From NCBI GenBank assembly GCA_964493435.1, contig CAZBMB010000005.1, forward strand, positions 70,588 through 134,587: a stretch of 64,000 nt of DNA, in the 5' to 3' direction. Positions 40,830 through 51,311 of this stretch are shown in pieces. The position numbers were made by a program, and so were the translations under genes. The notes beneath the pieces were generated by a model. The model searched no databases. It saw only the letters and a program-made list of their open reading frames with translations, and was not told the origin of the DNA. The DNA is from an uncultured Dehalococcoidaceae bacterium (lineage in GTDB: Bacteria > Chloroflexota > Dehalococcoidia > Dehalococcoidales > RBG-16-60-22). Every line of letters begins with the position of its first letter. Positions within the stretch are counted from its first letter, which is position 1.

Positions 40830-42494
40830 ATGGCTTCTCAGGTCTTTTACCGCCGGTGGCGACCACAGACCCTTGCCGAAGTGGTCGGTCAGGAACAAGT
40901 AACCAAGACACTGCACAATGCCCTGACTGGCGGTCACGTATCTCATGCCTACCTTTTTTGTGGTCCACGCGGTACCGGCAAGACCAGTACGGGACGCATT
41001 CTCGCCAAGGCGGTTAACTGCCTTACCAACGAAGGTAAGGGTGAACCATGCAACTCCTGCGACATGTGTCAGGCAATCACCGAAGGCAGAGCTCTGGATG
41101 TCATCGAAATCGACGCCGCCAGCAATACCGGCGTGGATAATATCCGCGACCTCAGGGAAAAGGTCAATTACTCGCCAAATGAAGCGCGGTACAAGGTATA
41201 TATCATAGATGAAGTACACATGCTGAGCACCAGTGCTTCCAATGCGCTGCTTAAAACGCTTGAAGAGCCACCCCCACACGTCATCTTTGTTCTGGCCACC
41301 ACCGAGGTGCATAAAGTGCTGCCCACCATCATGTCGCGCTGCCAGCGCTTTGATTTCAGGCGGATTTCACAGGCCGACGTGGTGACCAAGTTGACTCAAA
41401 TCAGTAAAAAGGAGACCATTAAAATCGAGCCGGAAGCGCTGAAACTCATCGCCCGGGCCGCCACCGGCAGTCTGCGAGATGCCGAGAATCTTCTGGAACA
41501 GCTGACGACGTACTACGACAAGAAAGTCACTCTGCCGCAGGTTCAGACAATCTTGGGTATTACCGGTGACTCGCGAGCTAAAGAGATAATAAAACATATT
41601 GTTAATAACGATGTCACCGCGGGCATATCGGCCATAAACGGTATCAATAGTGATGGACTGGACCTTCGTCAGTTCAATCGGGAACTGGTACTATACCTAA
41701 GGGCACTGCTGCTGGTGAAAACAGGCTCTGGTGAATCAATAGACCTGCCCACCGAGGACATTGCCGAATTGAAAGAACTGGCCAGCAAGATTTCACTGGC
41801 GCAGATACTGAAAGCGGTAAAACTCTTCGGGCAGCTTGACCTCAGCCTCGACAACTACTCTACACTACCGATGGAGTTGGCGTTGGTGGATGCAACACTG
41901 CCTTCCGGTAAAGAGCCGCCAGCGGTAAAAGTGGAACCAGAGGTACGGCAACCTGCCAAGCCAGCGGCTCCAGAGGTGCCATTGACGAAGTCAGAAAAGG
42001 CACCCGTTGAAAAAGAGGGACGTGCCCGTCCAGCAGATGAACAGAAGCTTGAACCGGCACCGGTAACAGCCCCAGCCCAAGCAGAGGAAAAAAGCCCGCC
42101 AGAACCAGAACCGGAACCCGCACTAGTTCCGACAGAAGCTGCCCCCGCCGTACCCATTGGGGGCGGTGGTGAGGAAATTGAGTATCTGCAATCGAACTGG
42201 CTCAAGTTCATCCGGGACGCCCCTTCCAGCATGAGCCGAACTCCAGCGGCGGCTCTGCTCAGGAGCGCCAAGCCGAAGGCCATTGAAAAAAATACCGTCA
42301 CCCTGTCTTTCAAGTTCCCACTGCATAAGGAAAGCATGGAAAAAACGGATAATCTGCAGATAGCCGAGCAAATTATCAGCAACTTTCTGGGTCGTGCCTG
42401 CCGCGTCCACTGTGTTTCCGAGCCAGAAGCAAACCACCTGATTGAGGAAGCCCTGAAAATAGGCGCTCAGATTATTGAATCGGAGGAAAAATGA
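40830..42494 (+). CDS. dnaX: DNA polymerase III subunit gamma/tau
   Basis: Walker A GPRGTGKTS, a zinc module CNSCDMC, DEVHMLS, and a Pro/Ala/Glu-rich linker. Confidence 0.95.
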   Translation: MASQVFYRRWRPQTLAEVVGQEQVTKTLHNALTGGHVSHAYLFCGPRGTGKTSTGRILAKAVNCLTNEGKGEPCNSCDMCQAITEGRALDVIEIDAASNTGVDNIRDLREKVNYSPNEARYKVYIIDEVHMLSTSASNALLKTLEEPPPHVIFVLATTEVHKVLPTIMSRCQRFDFRRISQADVVTKLTQISKKETIKIEPEALKLIARAATGSLRDAENLLEQLTTYYDKKVTLPQVQTILGITGDSRAKEIIKHIVNNDVTAGISAINGINSDGLDLRQFNRELVLYLRALLLVKTGSGESIDLPTEDIAELKELASKISLAQILKAVKLFGQLDLSLDNYSTLPMELALVDATLPSGKEPPAVKVEPEVRQPAKPAAPEVPLTKSEKAPVEKEGRARPADEQKLEPAPVTAPAQAEEKSPPEPEPEPALVPTEAAPAVPIGGGGEEIEYLQSNWLKFIRDAPSSMSRTPAAALLRSAKPKAIEKNTVTLSFKFPLHKESMEKTDNLQIAEQIISNFLGRACRVHCVSEPEANHLIEEALKIGAQIIESEEK

Positions 42495-42796
42495 ACAGGT
42501 TCATGTTACAGCAGGCCCAGAAACTCCAGGCACAGCTGGCTAAAGCCCAGGAAGAATTGAGCGAGCTTACCGTTGAGGGCAGCTCTGGAGGCGGCGCGGT
42601 CAAGGTGGTCATGAACGGGCAGCAGAAAATACAATCGGTAACAATATCACCCGAGGTGGTCAACCCGGAAGACGTTGAGCTGTTGCAGGACCTGGTGCTG
42701 ACCGCCGTCAGCGAAGCCCTCACCAAGTCCCAGGAAGCAGCCGCCAAGCACCTCGGCGGTCTTACCGGCGGTCTTAAAATTCCCGGACTAACCTGA
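42491..42796 (+). CDS. ybaB: Nucleoid-associated protein YbaB/EbfC
   Basis: 101 aa in the classic dnaX-ybaB-recR arrangement. Confidence 0.9.
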   Translation: MNRFMLQQAQKLQAQLAKAQEELSELTVEGSSGGGAVKVVMNGQQKIQSVTISPEVVNPEDVELLQDLVLTAVSEALTKSQEAAAKHLGGLTGGLKIPGLT

Positions 42797-42817
42797 TTGA
42801 AAGAAGGAGAAACAGCA

Positions 42818-43429
42818 TTGGAACAGGACGCCCTGCCCAACACCGACGTGCTCAATAACCTTATCCAAGAGTTCAACAAACTACCCGGCATCGGGCCGAA
42901 GAGCGCCCAGCGCATCGTCTTCCACCTGTTGCGCGCCGGTGACGAGCAGAGCAAGCTTCTGGCCGAAGCCATTCTTTCGCTGAAACGGAAGATAACCCTG
43001 TGCTCAACCTGCTGCAATGTCACCGAGGCCGACCCCTGCACCATATGCCGCAACGACCAGCGCGACCGCAGCCAGATATGCATCGTGGAGCAGCCTCAGG
43101 ACATCCTGGCTCTGGAGCATACCGGCATTTATCATGGCATGTACCACGTCCTGCACGGTGCTATTTCCCCCGCCGAAGGCGTCGGCACCGATGATATCAG
43201 GCTGAGAGAATTGATGGACAGATTGAAAGATGGCTCGGTCAGCGAAATTATTCTGGCCACCAATCCCAATCTTGAAGGAGAACAGACCGCCATGTACTTA
43301 AGTCGCCTGATAACACCGCTGGGCATCAGGGTCACCCGCCTCGCCCGCGGCCTGCCCTTCGGCACCGAACTGGAATACGCCGACGACGTAACGCTCACCC
43401 GCGCCATTGAAGGCAGGCAGGAATTTTAA
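42818..43429 (+). CDS. recR: Recombination protein RecR
   Basis: Contains [13 protein letters not shown] (HhH), a Cys4 zinc finger [16 protein letters not shown], and a Toprim domain. The TTG at 42818 follows AAGGAGA; the track start at 42797 is an alternative. Confidence 0.9.
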   Translation: MEQDALPNTDVLNNLIQEFNKLPGIGPKSAQRIVFHLLRAGDEQSKLLAEAILSLKRKITLCSTCCNVTEADPCTICRNDQRDRSQICIVEQPQDILALEHTGIYHGMYHVLHGAISPAEGVGTDDIRLRELMDRLKDGSVSEIILATNPNLEGEQTAMYLSRLITPLGIRVTRLARGLPFGTELEYADDVTLTRAIEGRQEF

Positions 43430-43535
43430 AATTTGATCATCAAACGTACTTGGCTTCCAGAAATAAACTTTCCTCTGATAATTTCCCATGCTACCGTTAA
43501 AAATATTCGGCGTCGGCAAGCCACCGGACTCAGTT

Positions 43536-44171
43536 ATGGACAATAAAACTTACTGGAATAAGCGGTTTCGGAACGAGGGGCACGTGTGGGGGACGGGACC
43601 GAGCCCGACTGTCCAATTCGCAATCGGAGTCTTCCGCCAGAACGGGGTACAGAAAATCCTGGTCCCTGGCTCCGGCTATGGGCGGAATACAAAACCCTTC
43701 CGTGAAGCGGGCTTTGATGTCACCGGAATAGAAATATCAGACACTGCCTGTGAAATGGCCGAAACATTCGACCCTCAGACCAAGACATATAACGGCTCCG
43801 TCCTGGATATGTCCATTATTCCCGGGAGATACGATGCCCTGTACTGCTACAACGTCCTGCACCTTTTCCGCGAAAAAGAGAGATTTTTATGTTTGCAGGA
43901 ATGCAATGATAAAGCAAAAAACAACGGGCTGCTGTATTTCACCGTTTTTTCGGATAAAGAAGCCAGCTTTGGCAAAGGCCAGGAAGTGGAAAAGAACACT
44001 TTTGAGAGTCGACCGGGCAGGCCAGTGCATTACTTCACCGAGGTGGAGCTGCGCCATTATTTCAAGGATTTTGAAGTCATTGAGTCGGGCATCACCGAGG
44101 ACCAGGAGAACCACGGTGAAGGCCCGCACACGCATACCCTACTGTATATTCTGGCACGGAAGCCGAAGTAG
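43536..44171 (+). CDS. Class-I SAM-dependent methyltransferase
   Basis: Motif I-like ILVPGSGYGRN, about 211 aa. Substrate unknown. An alternative upstream start lies at 43488. Confidence 0.7.
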   Translation: MDNKTYWNKRFRNEGHVWGTGPSPTVQFAIGVFRQNGVQKILVPGSGYGRNTKPFREAGFDVTGIEISDTACEMAETFDPQTKTYNGSVLDMSIIPGRYDALYCYNVLHLFREKERFLCLQECNDKAKNNGLLYFTVFSDKEASFGKGQEVEKNTFESRPGRPVHYFTEVELRHYFKDFEVIESGITEDQENHGEGPHTHTLLYILARKPK

Positions 44172-44180
44172 AGTAACGAA

Positions 44181-44975
44181 ATGCCCAAGCCACGCACCTA
44201 TCAGACGGAAGCCGTCATTATCAAGAAGACCAAACTGAGAGAGGCTGACGTCATATTCACTCTCTACACGCCGCACCTCGGCAAGATTCAGGCCTTTGCC
44301 AAAAGCGTCCGCAAAACGAAAAGCAAGATGGCCGGGCACCTGGAGCTCCTCACCCACAGCCAGGTCTCGCTGGCCAGAGGACGCAACCTGGACACCATCA
44401 TCGGCAGCCAGACGATAAGCGGCTTCCTGCCCCTGAAAAGCGACCTCTGGCTCACCTCCTGCGGACTGTATATCCTGGAACTGGTCAACCAGTTCACCGC
44501 TGACAACGTGGAAAATATATCTCTCTTCGGGCTGCTGCTGGCGACAATGGAACAGTTGGGTAAAACCAGTAACAGAGACCTGACACTGCGCTATTTTGAA
44601 CTGCACCTCCTTGACGAGTCCGGCTACCGGCCGCAGTTGCACCAGTGCGTCTCCTGCCAGAAATCGCTGGAGCCGGTGAACAACTCGTTCAGCCCGAATG
44701 CTGGCGGCATGCTGTGCCCGGACTGCTCGGCCAGCCACCCTTCAAGCCACCCGCTCTCGGTCAATGCCCTGAAAGTGCTGCGCCTGCTGCAGGACAGCGA
44801 TTATGGCACCGTCGACCGACTGAAAATAGACGAGGGACTGGCCCGGGAGCTGGAGAGGGTGCTGGGCGGCTACCTCAAACACCTCCTGGAACGGGAGGTT
44901 AAGTCGGCCGCCTGGCTTGATACGCTGCGGGAGCAGACAAAGCCATCATTGCCGACAAACGACACTTTACGCTAA
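44181..44975 (+). CDS. recO: DNA repair protein RecO
   Basis: N-terminal OB-fold region and a zinc motif CVSC...CPDC. Confidence 0.9.
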   Translation: MPKPRTYQTEAVIIKKTKLREADVIFTLYTPHLGKIQAFAKSVRKTKSKMAGHLELLTHSQVSLARGRNLDTIIGSQTISGFLPLKSDLWLTSCGLYILELVNQFTADNVENISLFGLLLATMEQLGKTSNRDLTLRYFELHLLDESGYRPQLHQCVSCQKSLEPVNNSFSPNAGGMLCPDCSASHPSSHPLSVNALKVLRLLQDSDYGTVDRLKIDEGLARELERVLGGYLKHLLEREVKSAAWLDTLREQTKPSLPTNDTLR

Positions 44976-45050
44976 TTCTGAAATAGCCTATAATAAAACG
45001 GACTGGGGGTCTGGAACTCTCAGTCTTTTTGCTATATTATAGGTGCAGAA

Positions 45051-46544
45051 ATGACGAGCCGACTGGACCGCATAACACAGCAGCGCCGCGAAAAGATGGA
45101 GCGACTTCGCTCTCAGGGCATAGAACCGTACCCGCATCGCTATGAGCGCAGCCATACTGCCCAGGAAGCCGCCGAACTGCTTGAGCGGGTGGAGGCGGGG
45201 CAGACCGAAGAGAAGCAGGTCAGGGCCGCCGGGCGCATTATGGCCGTCAGGCGGATGGGGAAAGGCGCATTTGCTGACATCCGCGACGGCTCGGGTAAAA
45301 TCCAGCTTCTTTTCCAGGACGTTGACAAACTGGCGGGAAAACAAGGCCCGCTTTTTAAGGAATTAGATATCGGTGACTTCATCGGCGTAGAAGGCTCCGT
45401 GCTGCGTACCAGAACCGGTGAACCCACCGTCGCTGTGAAGCATTTCGTGCTGCTGTCCAAGTCTTTGCAGCCTCTGCCGGAAAAATGGCACGGCCTCAGC
45501 GATGTTGACACTAGGTACCGGCAGCGCTATCTCGACCTGATAAGCAATCCGGAGACAAAGTTAACCTTCAAAATTCGCAGCCAGGTCATCAACGCCATAC
45601 GGCAGTATCTCAACGAGCGCGATTTCATTGAGGTGGAGACGCCGGTGCTTCAGCCGTCGCCGGGAGGTGCTCTGGCCCGACCTTTCGTTACCCACCACCA
45701 CGCCCTTGACCAGAACTTTTACCTGCGCATCGCCCCGGAACTTCACCTCAAGCGTCTGATTGTCGGCGGCATGGACCGGGTCTATGAGCTGGGACGCATT
45801 TTCCGCAATGAAGGCGTCTCCACCAAACATAACCCGGAGTTCACCATGCTGGAGAGCTACCAGGCTTACGCCGATTATAACGACGTTATGGACATGCTCG
45901 AGGAGATGGTCGCCTGGGCCAGCAAAAAGGTGATGGGCACCACCAAGATAAAGTTCGGCGACTACACCATCAACTTCAAGCCCCCCTGGCCGCGTCTCAC
46001 CCTGCGCGAAGCCGTTGAGACAGGCAGTGGCCTTGATTTCACCAAGTATCCCACCGCCGATGGACTCAGAGAACGGATGAGACCCAAGATGAAGGCGCTG
46101 GGGCTGGAGGTTGACCCGGATAAGAACTGGGCGAAACTGGTGGATGACCTCGTCTCCACCTTTGTCGAGCCCAGACTCATCCAGCCAACATTCGTTAAAG
46201 ACTATCCGGTGTCAATGTCGCCTCTGGCCAAGACCAAGCCCGGCGAGAAACGAGTGGTGGAGCGCTTTGAGGCGTTTGCCGGCGGCATGGAGATCGCCAA
46301 CGCCTTTTCCGAACTCAATGACCCGGACGAGCAGCGGCAGCGCTTCGTCCAGCAGCAGAAAGAGAGACCCGGGAAGGATGAGGAAAGCTGGACCATTGAC
46401 GATGACTACCTGCTGGCACTGGAATACGGTATGCCGCCGACTGGCGGGCTGGGGGTGGGCATAGACCGGCTGGTGATGTTGCTCACCAACCAGTCGTCAA
46501 TTCGCGAGGTTATACTTTTCCCGCAGCTGCGAGAGAAGCCATAA
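45051..46544 (+). CDS. lysS: Lysyl-tRNA synthetase (class II)
   Basis: 497 aa with an OB anticodon-binding domain and class-II motifs (ELGRIFRNEG, GGLGVGIDRLVM). Confidence 0.97.
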   Translation: MTSRLDRITQQRREKMERLRSQGIEPYPHRYERSHTAQEAAELLERVEAGQTEEKQVRAAGRIMAVRRMGKGAFADIRDGSGKIQLLFQDVDKLAGKQGPLFKELDIGDFIGVEGSVLRTRTGEPTVAVKHFVLLSKSLQPLPEKWHGLSDVDTRYRQRYLDLISNPETKLTFKIRSQVINAIRQYLNERDFIEVETPVLQPSPGGALARPFVTHHHALDQNFYLRIAPELHLKRLIVGGMDRVYELGRIFRNEGVSTKHNPEFTMLESYQAYADYNDVMDMLEEMVAWASKKVMGTTKIKFGDYTINFKPPWPRLTLREAVETGSGLDFTKYPTADGLRERMRPKMKALGLEVDPDKNWAKLVDDLVSTFVEPRLIQPTFVKDYPVSMSPLAKTKPGEKRVVERFEAFAGGMEIANAFSELNDPDEQRQRFVQQQKERPGKDEESWTIDDDYLLALEYGMPPTGGLGVGIDRLVMLLTNQSSIREVILFPQLREKP

Positions 46545-46562
46545 AAATTAAAGAGGGAATCC

Positions 46563-47810
46563 ATGCTTGACCTGAAATTCATTCGTGAGAACAGCAAAGT
46601 GGTCGAGAAGGCGCTGAAAAACCGGCAGGACAGCGCCCCGATTGACGATATACTGCGGCTTGACGCCGAGCGCCGGCTGAAACTCCTTGAACTGGAGAGC
46701 CTCCGGCACACCCGCAAGGAGGCTGCCAAAGAAAGAAAGGTGGATAAGACATCAGCGGAGGAGGCACGCGACCTGCGCGCCATGATACGCGACTTTGAGG
46801 AAGAGGTGAAGAGCATAGATGCCCAGCTTGAGGAACTTCTCCTGCAGGTGCCCAATGTCCCCCACCCATCTGTCCCGGTTGGCAAGAGCGAAGAGGACAA
46901 CGTGGTAGTTCGGACGTGGGGCGAGCCGAAAAAATTCAGCTTCACCCCTGCCCCCCACTGGAAGCTCGGTGAGGCACTGGATATCATCGACTTTGAGCGT
47001 GGCGTCAAGTTATCGGGGACGAGGTTCTACGTCTTGAAAGGACTGGGCGCCCGTTTGCAGCGCGCCCTCATCTGGTTCATGGTCGACCTCCACACCGGCA
47101 AGCACGGCTACCGCGAGGTCTATCCGCCCTTCATGGTCAGGCGCGAGTGCATGGTTGGCTCCAGCAATTTGCCCAAGTTCGCCGATAATCTCTACCACGA
47201 CCCCGATGACGATTTCTGGTTCGTGCCCACGGCGGAGGTGCCTCTGACCAATCTTCACCGCGACGAAATCATCCCGGCAGGCGCGCTGCCCTTCAACTAC
47301 GTTGCCTACACCGCCTGCTTCCGCCGCGAAAAGATGTCGGCGGGGAAGGACACACGCGGTATCAAGCGCGGCCACCAGTTCGACAAGGTAGAGCTTTATA
47401 AATTCACCGAGCCGGAAAAGTCTTATGACGAGCTGGAGAAGATGGTCAGCGATGCCGAGACGGTCTGCCAGCAGCTTGGACTGCCCTATCGCATCGCCAT
47501 GCTCAATACCTCCGAGCTCGGCTTCGCCTCGGCCAAGTCCTATGACATTGAGGTCTGGGCGCCCGGCTGCGGGGAATGGCTTGAGGTCAGCTCCTGCTCA
47601 AACTGCACCGACTTTCAGGCCAGAAGGGCCAATATCCGCTACCGCCCCACCCCCGACTCCAAACCACAGTTCGTCCACACATTGAACGGCTCCGGCCTGG
47701 CTTTGCCCAGGATAATGATTGCCGTCATGGAAAACTACCAGCAGAAAGACGGCAGCATAGCCGTTCCAGAGGTGCTGCAGCTTATGGTGGGAGAGAAGGT
47801 GATATGTTAA
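46563..47810 (+). CDS. serS: Seryl-tRNA synthetase
   Basis: MLDLKFIREN start, an N-terminal coiled-coil arm and class-II core motifs. Confidence 0.97.
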   Translation: MLDLKFIRENSKVVEKALKNRQDSAPIDDILRLDAERRLKLLELESLRHTRKEAAKERKVDKTSAEEARDLRAMIRDFEEEVKSIDAQLEELLLQVPNVPHPSVPVGKSEEDNVVVRTWGEPKKFSFTPAPHWKLGEALDIIDFERGVKLSGTRFYVLKGLGARLQRALIWFMVDLHTGKHGYREVYPPFMVRRECMVGSSNLPKFADNLYHDPDDDFWFVPTAEVPLTNLHRDEIIPAGALPFNYVAYTACFRREKMSAGKDTRGIKRGHQFDKVELYKFTEPEKSYDELEKMVSDAETVCQQLGLPYRIAMLNTSELGFASAKSYDIEVWAPGCGEWLEVSSCSNCTDFQARRANIRYRPTPDSKPQFVHTLNGSGLALPRIMIAVMENYQQKDGSIAVPEVLQLMVGEKVIC

Positions 47811-48871
47811 TGCGCAGGTTTACTATTAAAAGGTCTAAAAAAGCGGGGCTTCCCCCGGGCACCCTTGTCCATATCGGCGAGCGGAAAGCGGAGAAGGTGC
47901 GTATCACCATCATTGATTATGATGAAAAGCAATTTAAAGAGATGGAAGCGGAGACCATTGAGGTTTGTTTCCCTTTCAAGAGCGAACCAACGGTTACCTG
48001 GATAAATATAGATGGGCTTCATCAGGTGGATATCATAGAAAAGCTGGGCAGTTGCTATAATCTGCATCCACTCCTGCTGGAGGATATTTTAAATACCGAG
48101 CAGCGCCCCAAGATGGAGGACTTCGGAGACCATCTTTTCTTTGTCCTTAAAATGCTGGACCTCGGGGAGAACAGTGTTATAGAGACAGAACAGATAAGCC
48201 TGGTGCTCGGCTCAAACTACGTGATTTCCTTTCAGGAACATGAAGGAGATGTTTTTAACGCCGTCAGAGAAAGAATCAGAAAGAACAAAGGCCGCATCCG
48301 GAAATCAGGCGCTGATTACCTTGCCTATACCTTAATGGATTCCATTGTTGATAACTATTTCCTGATTCTGGAAAATATCGGGGAGAGAATAGAGGCTACC
48401 GAACAAGAGTTAACCGTAAACCCTACTCCAGAAACCTTACATTCTATCCGTGACTTAAAGAGGGAAATGATTTTTCTGCGCAGGTCCGTCTGGCCGTTAA
48501 GAGAGGTAATCAACAACCTGGAACGGGGCGAGTCGCCGTTGATTCATAAGTCTTTAAACGCCTATCTCCGTGATGTTTACGACCATACCATCCAGATTAT
48601 TGATACCGTGGAGAGCCTGAGAGACATGATATCCGGCCTGCTTGATGTTTATCTTTCCACCATAAGCAACAGGATGAATGAGGTTATGAAAGTTCTGACC
48701 ATCTTTGCTTCGATATTTATACCGCTTACTTTTATCGCCGGTATTTATGGGATGAACTTCAAATTCATGCCGGAACTGGAATGGGGCTGGGGTTATTTTG
48801 CCTCCCTATGCGTAATGGCCCTGGTGGCCGGTGCCTTGCTGGTCTATTTTAAACGAAAAAAGTGGCTATAA
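47804..48871 (+). CDS. corA: Magnesium/cobalt transporter CorA
   Basis: C-terminal two TM helices with the YGMNF signature. Overlaps the serS stop. Confidence 0.9.
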   Translation: MLMRRFTIKRSKKAGLPPGTLVHIGERKAEKVRITIIDYDEKQFKEMEAETIEVCFPFKSEPTVTWINIDGLHQVDIIEKLGSCYNLHPLLLEDILNTEQRPKMEDFGDHLFFVLKMLDLGENSVIETEQISLVLGSNYVISFQEHEGDVFNAVRERIRKNKGRIRKSGADYLAYTLMDSIVDNYFLILENIGERIEATEQELTVNPTPETLHSIRDLKREMIFLRRSVWPLREVINNLERGESPLIHKSLNAYLRDVYDHTIQIIDTVESLRDMISGLLDVYLSTISNRMNEVMKVLTIFASIFIPLTFIAGIYGMNFKFMPELEWGWGYFASLCVMALVAGALLVYFKRKKWL

Positions 48872-48898
48872 GGGCATGCTTGTGATATTATCGCTCGG

Positions 48899-48988
48899 GG
48901 AGGGGTGTCCGAGTGGCCTATGGTGACGGTCTTGAAAACCGTTGTTCTCGCAAGAGGACCGTGGGTTCGAATCCCACCCCCTCCGCCA
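48899..48988 (+). tRNA. tRNA-Ser (anticodon UGA), CCA encoded
   Basis: Acceptor stem GGAGGGG / CCCCTCC, anticodon loop CTTGAAA, long variable arm, T-arm GTGGG-TTCGAAT-CCCAC, discriminator G plus CCA. Confidence 0.9.
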
Positions 48989-49010
48989 TATTTCCCCCGA
49001 ATATCTAAAA

Positions 49011-49736
49011 ATGAAACCTGAACCCCTGCTCAAAGCCCTCACCGGTGCCGGCCTCGGCTCACGCCGCAGGATGGCCGACGCCATAAAATACGAGCGCGTC
49101 ACCGTCAACGGCGCGGTGGTGACCAACTTCCGCCACCCGGTGAACCTGGCGGAGGACGTAATCACTCTCGACGGCAGGAAGCTAGACCTCAAGCCCGCAC
49201 CGACGGTAACCCTGATGCTGCACAAGCCGGCGGGGTACATCTCCACCCTCAGCGATGAGCGTGGTCGGAGGAAAGTCACCGATTTACTCCCGGATAAATA
49301 CCGCCATTTACGGCTCTACCCGGTGGGGCGGCTGGACAAAGACAGCACCGGCCTGCTGCTCCTCACCAACGACGGCGACCTCGCCTACCGCCTGACCCAC
49401 CCCCGCTACGAGCATGAGAAGGAATATTTTGTCCAGATTCAGGGAAAGCTAAGCAGGGAGGAAATGAGAAAGCTGGAGCAGGGCATCGAGCTTGAGGAGG
49501 GCAAGACCGCTCCCGCCAGGGTGGAAGAAGTATCTGCGGAACCCTTCAACCACAGCCTCACCATCCACGAGGGCCGGAAACGACAGGTGCGCCGCATGTT
49601 CAGTCACCTGGGGCGCAGGGTTACGGCGCTCAAGAGAATCAGATTCGGAACGCTGGCGCTGGGCAACCTGCCAGAAGGAAAAACGCGGGAGCTCGGCGCT
49701 CAGGAGATAGCTCTACTGCTCACTCGCGCTCGATAG
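49011..49736 (+). CDS. Pseudouridine synthase, RsuA/RluB family
   Basis: N-terminal S4 domain and the catalytic GRLDKDSTGLLLLTNDG motif. ATG at 49011; the track start at 48942 would lie inside the tRNA. Confidence 0.85.
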   Translation: MKPEPLLKALTGAGLGSRRRMADAIKYERVTVNGAVVTNFRHPVNLAEDVITLDGRKLDLKPAPTVTLMLHKPAGYISTLSDERGRRKVTDLLPDKYRHLRLYPVGRLDKDSTGLLLLTNDGDLAYRLTHPRYEHEKEYFVQIQGKLSREEMRKLEQGIELEEGKTAPARVEEVSAEPFNHSLTIHEGRKRQVRRMFSHLGRRVTALKRIRFGTLALGNLPEGKTRELGAQEIALLLTRAR

Positions 49737-51297
49737 ATACCTTGTTCAGGTTAGCGTAACCCATTGGTGTAAGCTCGTAGCCGCTGACATAGGGTTTGAC
49801 CAGATGGTAGTTCTTGCTGAACCAGAGCGGAATACAGGCGGCGTCCTCGACCAGCATCTGCTCGGCTTCCTGATAGAGCGCCAGGCTGGCATCATAGTCA
49901 AGTTCCACCCCCGCCTGCTCCAGAATATCGTCCACCTCGGGGTTGCTGTACTCGCCGGCGTTATTCTCCTCGCCGGTGCGGAAAAGTATTTCAAGGAAGT
50001 CCTGAGGGTGGGGATAGTCAGCCACCCAGCCCAAGAGGTACATCTCGTCCTTCTCTTCCTTCAGGTTGTAGAGAAACCACTCCGGCTCCAACTGCCTGAC
50101 CGTGACCTCCACGCCGAGGTTCTGCCGCCACTCGTGGATTACGGCCTCAAGACCGCTTGAAATAAGTCCCCCCCAGCCCATGGTCGTCACCGTAATCGGC
50201 GGCAGGTTCTCCACACTCCCATAACTGGAACTGGCAATAAGCTCCTTCGCCTTTTCAATATCAAACCCCAGGCCCTCCAGGTTCTCGTTGAAGCCGGGAA
50301 TGCCCGGCGGCAGAATGCCATCAGCCCGTTCCATCATATCTTTAAAGACCAGCGAGACCAGCCTGTCCTTGTCCAGGGCCATGCTGAAGGCACGCCTCAG
50401 ATTGGCATCGTCGAATGGAGGCCGGGTGTGATTGAAGCCGATATAACTAAAGCTCAGTTCGGGCACAATCTGCAGTTCCTTATAAAAGTTGCCCGCCGGA
50501 TCGGTTACCTTATCCACGTAATTGATATCAACGTCGGTGGCATCAATTTCCCCGGTCTCATACAGATTCATCGGCACGCCTCCCCAGAGCTGAAAAACCA
50601 CCGTGCCAACCTTGGCTTTTTCTCCGTGGTAATAGTCGTTCTTTTCCAGAACCAGCAGATTCTCCGCCTCCCATTTTTTCAGCCGAAATGGGCCGGTGCC
50701 GTTGGGCTCAAGCCACCACTGACCACCCATTTCCGCCTCGTTTCTGTCCACCACGAACGCCACGGGGTAGGTCATCTTGGACAGGAAATAGGACTTCGGG
50801 GTATCAATGGTTATCTGGAGTGTATAGTCATCAATAACCTGCACCCCGCTTATTTCCCGCGCCTTCCCGGCCAGCACATCTGCAACGCCAACGATGTCTC
50901 CCAGATAGGTGGCCGCGGTCATCGACCCCGTAGACGGAAGGCAGGCGCGCTCCAGCGAATACTTGCAATCATGGGCGGTGACCTGCCGACCGTCCTGGAA
51001 CTTGACATCCCGTCGCAGATAAAAAGTGTAGGTGCGACCGTCAGTGCTGATGTCCCAGCGCTCGGCGATGTCCGGAGCCGGTTCCAGATTCTCATCAAGG
51101 CGCACCAGTCCACTATAAATCTGCTGGATATATTCATGGGAAATCATCTCCCCGGATACTGCCGGGTCAAGGGTAATCGGGTCGATGCCGTAGAGGTTCA
51201 GCGCCGTTTCCTGCCCGCGCTGACAGCCGACCAGCACCAGGCCACACAGTATTAATACGGCGAAAATGCTATAAATGACGCGTTTCATCTCCGGCAC
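49720..51297 (-). CDS. ABC transporter solute-binding lipoprotein, family 5 (peptide/nickel type)
   Basis: Signal peptide with lipobox LVGC, 525 aa, family-5 SBP-like sequence. No permease or ATPase genes adjacent. Confidence 0.8.
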   Translation of the reverse strand: MPEMKRVIYSIFAVLILCGLVLVGCQRGQETALNLYGIDPITLDPAVSGEMISHEYIQQIYSGLVRLDENLEPAPDIAERWDISTDGRTYTFYLRRDVKFQDGRQVTAHDCKYSLERACLPSTGSMTAATYLGDIVGVADVLAGKAREISGVQVIDDYTLQITIDTPKSYFLSKMTYPVAFVVDRNEAEMGGQWWLEPNGTGPFRLKKWEAENLLVLEKNDYYHGEKAKVGTVVFQLWGGVPMNLYETGEIDATDVDINYVDKVTDPAGNFYKELQIVPELSFSYIGFNHTRPPFDDANLRRAFSMALDKDRLVSLVFKDMMERADGILPPGIPGFNENLEGLGFDIEKAKELIASSSYGSVENLPPITVTTMGWGGLISSGLEAVIHEWRQNLGVEVTVRQLEPEWFLYNLKEEKDEMYLLGWVADYPHPQDFLEILFRTGEENNAGEYSNPEVDDILEQAGVELDYDASLALYQEAEQMLVEDAACIPLWFSKNYHLVKPYVSGYELTPMGYANLNKVSIERE

Positions 51298-51311
51298 CTA
51301 TTCATACCTAG

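Noticed and set aside
42088-42094. AAAAAAG run in dnaX as a possible programmed -1 frameshift site for a gamma subunit
   Set aside because: In the dnaX frame the codons are GAA AAA AGC and not A AAA AAG, so it is not a canonical X XXY YYZ heptamer. I saw no obvious downstream stimulatory hairpin.
48942-49010. Upstream start of the pseudouridine synthase ORF
   Set aside because: It would place the start codon inside tRNA-Ser (48899-48988). The conserved S4-domain protein begins at the ATG at 49011.
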